NCBI GenBank assembly: GCA_002496845.1
Contig: DALQ01000085.1
Coordinates: 1 to 15,497 of the forward strand
DNA from: Euryarchaeota archaeon UBA495
GTDB taxonomy: Archaea; Thermoplasmatota; Poseidoniia; Poseidoniales; Poseidoniaceae
Reading direction: 5' to 3'
Length of the DNA: 15,497 bases
Positions 14,431-15,497 of this stretch are shown in pieces; the stretch's first letter is position 1, and each line of letters begins with the position of its first letter. The position numbers and the translations under genes are program-made. The notes beneath the pieces are model-generated. The model had not been told where the DNA came from. It did no database searches and saw only the letters and a list, made by a program, of their open reading frames with translations.

Positions 14431-14436
14431 TATAAG
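14431..14436 (-). promoter_or_regulatory. TATA box (CTTATA on minus strand) for the 150-aa gene
   Basis: Centred about 26 nt upstream of ATG 14407. It is bracketed by the inverted repeat ATGAGGT (14422-14428) / ACCTCAT (14449-14455). Confidence 0.45.
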
Positions 14437-14536
14437 GACAGGAATTATACCTCATTTGATTGTAAAACCGGGCTACATCGCACCTGTTCCTCGTCGTCGG
14501 AATTGGTTTCCTGCATCGTTGTGTGAGAAACACCTG

Positions 14537-14543
14537 ATTATAA
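14537..14543 (+). promoter_or_regulatory. TATA box (ATTATAA) for the fasciclin gene
   Basis: Centred 28 nt upstream of ATG 14568 with no SD. It is bracketed by the inverted repeat TGTGAG (14522-14527) / CTCACA (14544-14549). Confidence 0.5.
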
Positions 14544-14567
14544 CTCACATTGCGTGCAAAATGGGAC

Positions 14568-15497
14568 ATGAAGAAATCTGCCGCGTATGTCCTCATCGTT
14601 CTCCTGATGGCATCGACCCTGCCACTGCAAGCCAGCGCTGACGCCAGCCAAGACATCCCCTCAAACGCGGTGGCCACGGGCGTTCACGATTCTCTTGTGG
14701 CCGCCTTGACCCATGCGGACTTGGTGACCACCTTGCAAGGCACGGGACCGTTCACCGTGTTCGCTCCGACGGACACGGCCTTTGCTGAGGCGGGCATCGA
14801 TTTGAGCACCTTCGACACGCCCGAAGAAAACGCAACCCTCACCGCCATCCTGCTCCACCACGTGGTGGCCGGTTCGGTGCCCTCAAGCGCGCTCTCCGAC
14901 GGCATGTTCGCCACGACGGTGAACGGAGATCGGGTTCAGTTTGGCGTCGACGCCAACGGCGTGACCGTCAGCAACGCCAACGTCACCACCCCCGACGTCA
15001 TCGCCTCCAACGGCATCATCCACTTCATCGACAAGGTCATGCTTCCGCCGGTCGACATCCCCGCCACCGCTCAAACCACGGGCATCCACAACAGCCTCGT
15101 GGCCGCTGTGGTCCAGGCAGAACTTTTGCCCACGCTGCAGGGGTCCGGACCGTTCACGGTGTTCGCACCCACGGACCAAGCGTTCACCGACGCTGGCATT
15201 GACTTGGCCGATTTTGCCACACCTGAAGGAAAGGCCACGCTCTCCGACATCCTGCTCTACCACGTGGTCGGTGCCGATGTGCCTGCTGCTAACGTGACGG
15301 AGTGCATGACCGCGGACGCCGTCAACGGCCAGCCGCTTTCGTTCACCGTGAACGGTGGCGTGATGGTCAACGACGCGAACGTGGTCCTCACCGACGTCAT
15401 CTCCAGCAACGGGTTGATCCACGTCATCGACAAGGTGCTGATGCCCACGGACACCCCCAAAGACATCCCGCGCACGGCGCAATGCACCACGGTTCAC
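14568..15497 (+). CDS. Secreted tandem fasciclin (FAS1) domain protein (3' end beyond window)
   Basis: Absent from the ORF track because no stop lies in the window. Hand translation from ATG 14568 stays open for 310 codons to the window edge. It begins MKKSAAYVLIVLLMASTLPLQASA (signal peptide). Two FAS1 units follow, each with GPFTVFAPTD.AF...LL.HVV...SNG(I/L)IH.IDKV(M/L).P. Confidence 0.9.
   Translation, partial: MKKSAAYVLIVLLMASTLPLQASADASQDIPSNAVATGVHDSLVAALTHADLVTTLQGTGPFTVFAPTDTAFAEAGIDLSTFDTPEENATLTAILLHHVVAGSVPSSALSDGMFATTVNGDRVQFGVDANGVTVSNANVTTPDVIASNGIIHFIDKVMLPPVDIPATAQTTGIHNSLVAAVVQAELLPTLQGSGPFTVFAPTDQAFTDAGIDLADFATPEGKATLSDILLYHVVGADVPAANVTECMTADAVNGQPLSFTVNGGVMVNDANVVLTDVISSNGLIHVIDKVLMPTDTPKDIPRTAQCTTVH

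Noticed and set aside
14408-14677. Upstream 90 codons of the 240-aa minus ORF 13955-14677
   Set aside because: This part crosses the AT-rich promoter spacer and overlaps the fasciclin start and signal-peptide region. Its sequence is C/R/N/Y-rich and unlike the rest. The internal ATG 14407 has a TATA box at leaderless distance.
14883-15497. 204-aa minus-strand ORF at the right edge (and 14684-14914, 14661-14861)
   Set aside because: They are antisense to the tandem FAS1 gene, whose frame shows two complete fasciclin motif sets. The minus products are V/D/G/R-rich shadow frames.
1-15497. Scan for mobile elements, CRISPR arrays, tRNA/rRNA genes and toxin-antitoxin pairs
   Set aside because: I noticed no direct-repeat/spacer periodicity, terminal inverted repeats, transposase or integrase-like ORFs, or cloverleaf-like conserved RNA segments by eye. 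A covariance-model or tRNAscan run would be needed to exclude small RNAs formally.

Overview
GC-rich prokaryotic window with 15 well-supported protein genes and no rRNA, tRNA, CRISPR or transposase signal that I can see. Two genes run off the window edges and are missing from the ORF track. Five gene starts have an AT-rich TATA-like box centred about 24-28 nt upstream of the start codon and no Shine-Dalgarno. Downstream genes in the clusters have GGAGG-type sites and overlapping stop/start codons. With the acidic, N-x-S/T-rich secreted proteins, this suggests an archaeal origin, possibly a marine planktonic euryarchaeote, but that is inference only. Three blocks stand out. (1) nt 1-8405 is an iron/heme acquisition locus. 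It holds a transferrin-like lipoprotein divergent from a Cys-containing acidic lipoprotein, then a 776-aa membrane-anchored surface glycoprotein. That glycoprotein is translationally coupled to a FecB/FecCD/FecE-type ABC importer and a HugZ-like (split-barrel + DUF2470) putative heme-degrading enzyme. (2) nt 8431-9645 encodes a NERD nuclease-like domain fused to a C-terminal S1 RNA-binding domain. (3) nt 9714-13907 is a tightly coupled minus-strand operon. It encodes a His-rich membrane protein, a FabH-like KAS III, a heme-oxygenase-like di-iron oxidase (HxxxDxxH), a 299-aa unknown protein and a Delta9-type desaturase. It matches no pathway I recognise and is my best candidate for an undescribed system. 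A 150-aa hypothetical gene sits upstream with its own promoter. The window ends in a tandem-FAS1 (fasciclin) secreted protein. Most long ORFs opposite these genes are GC-driven shadow ORFs.
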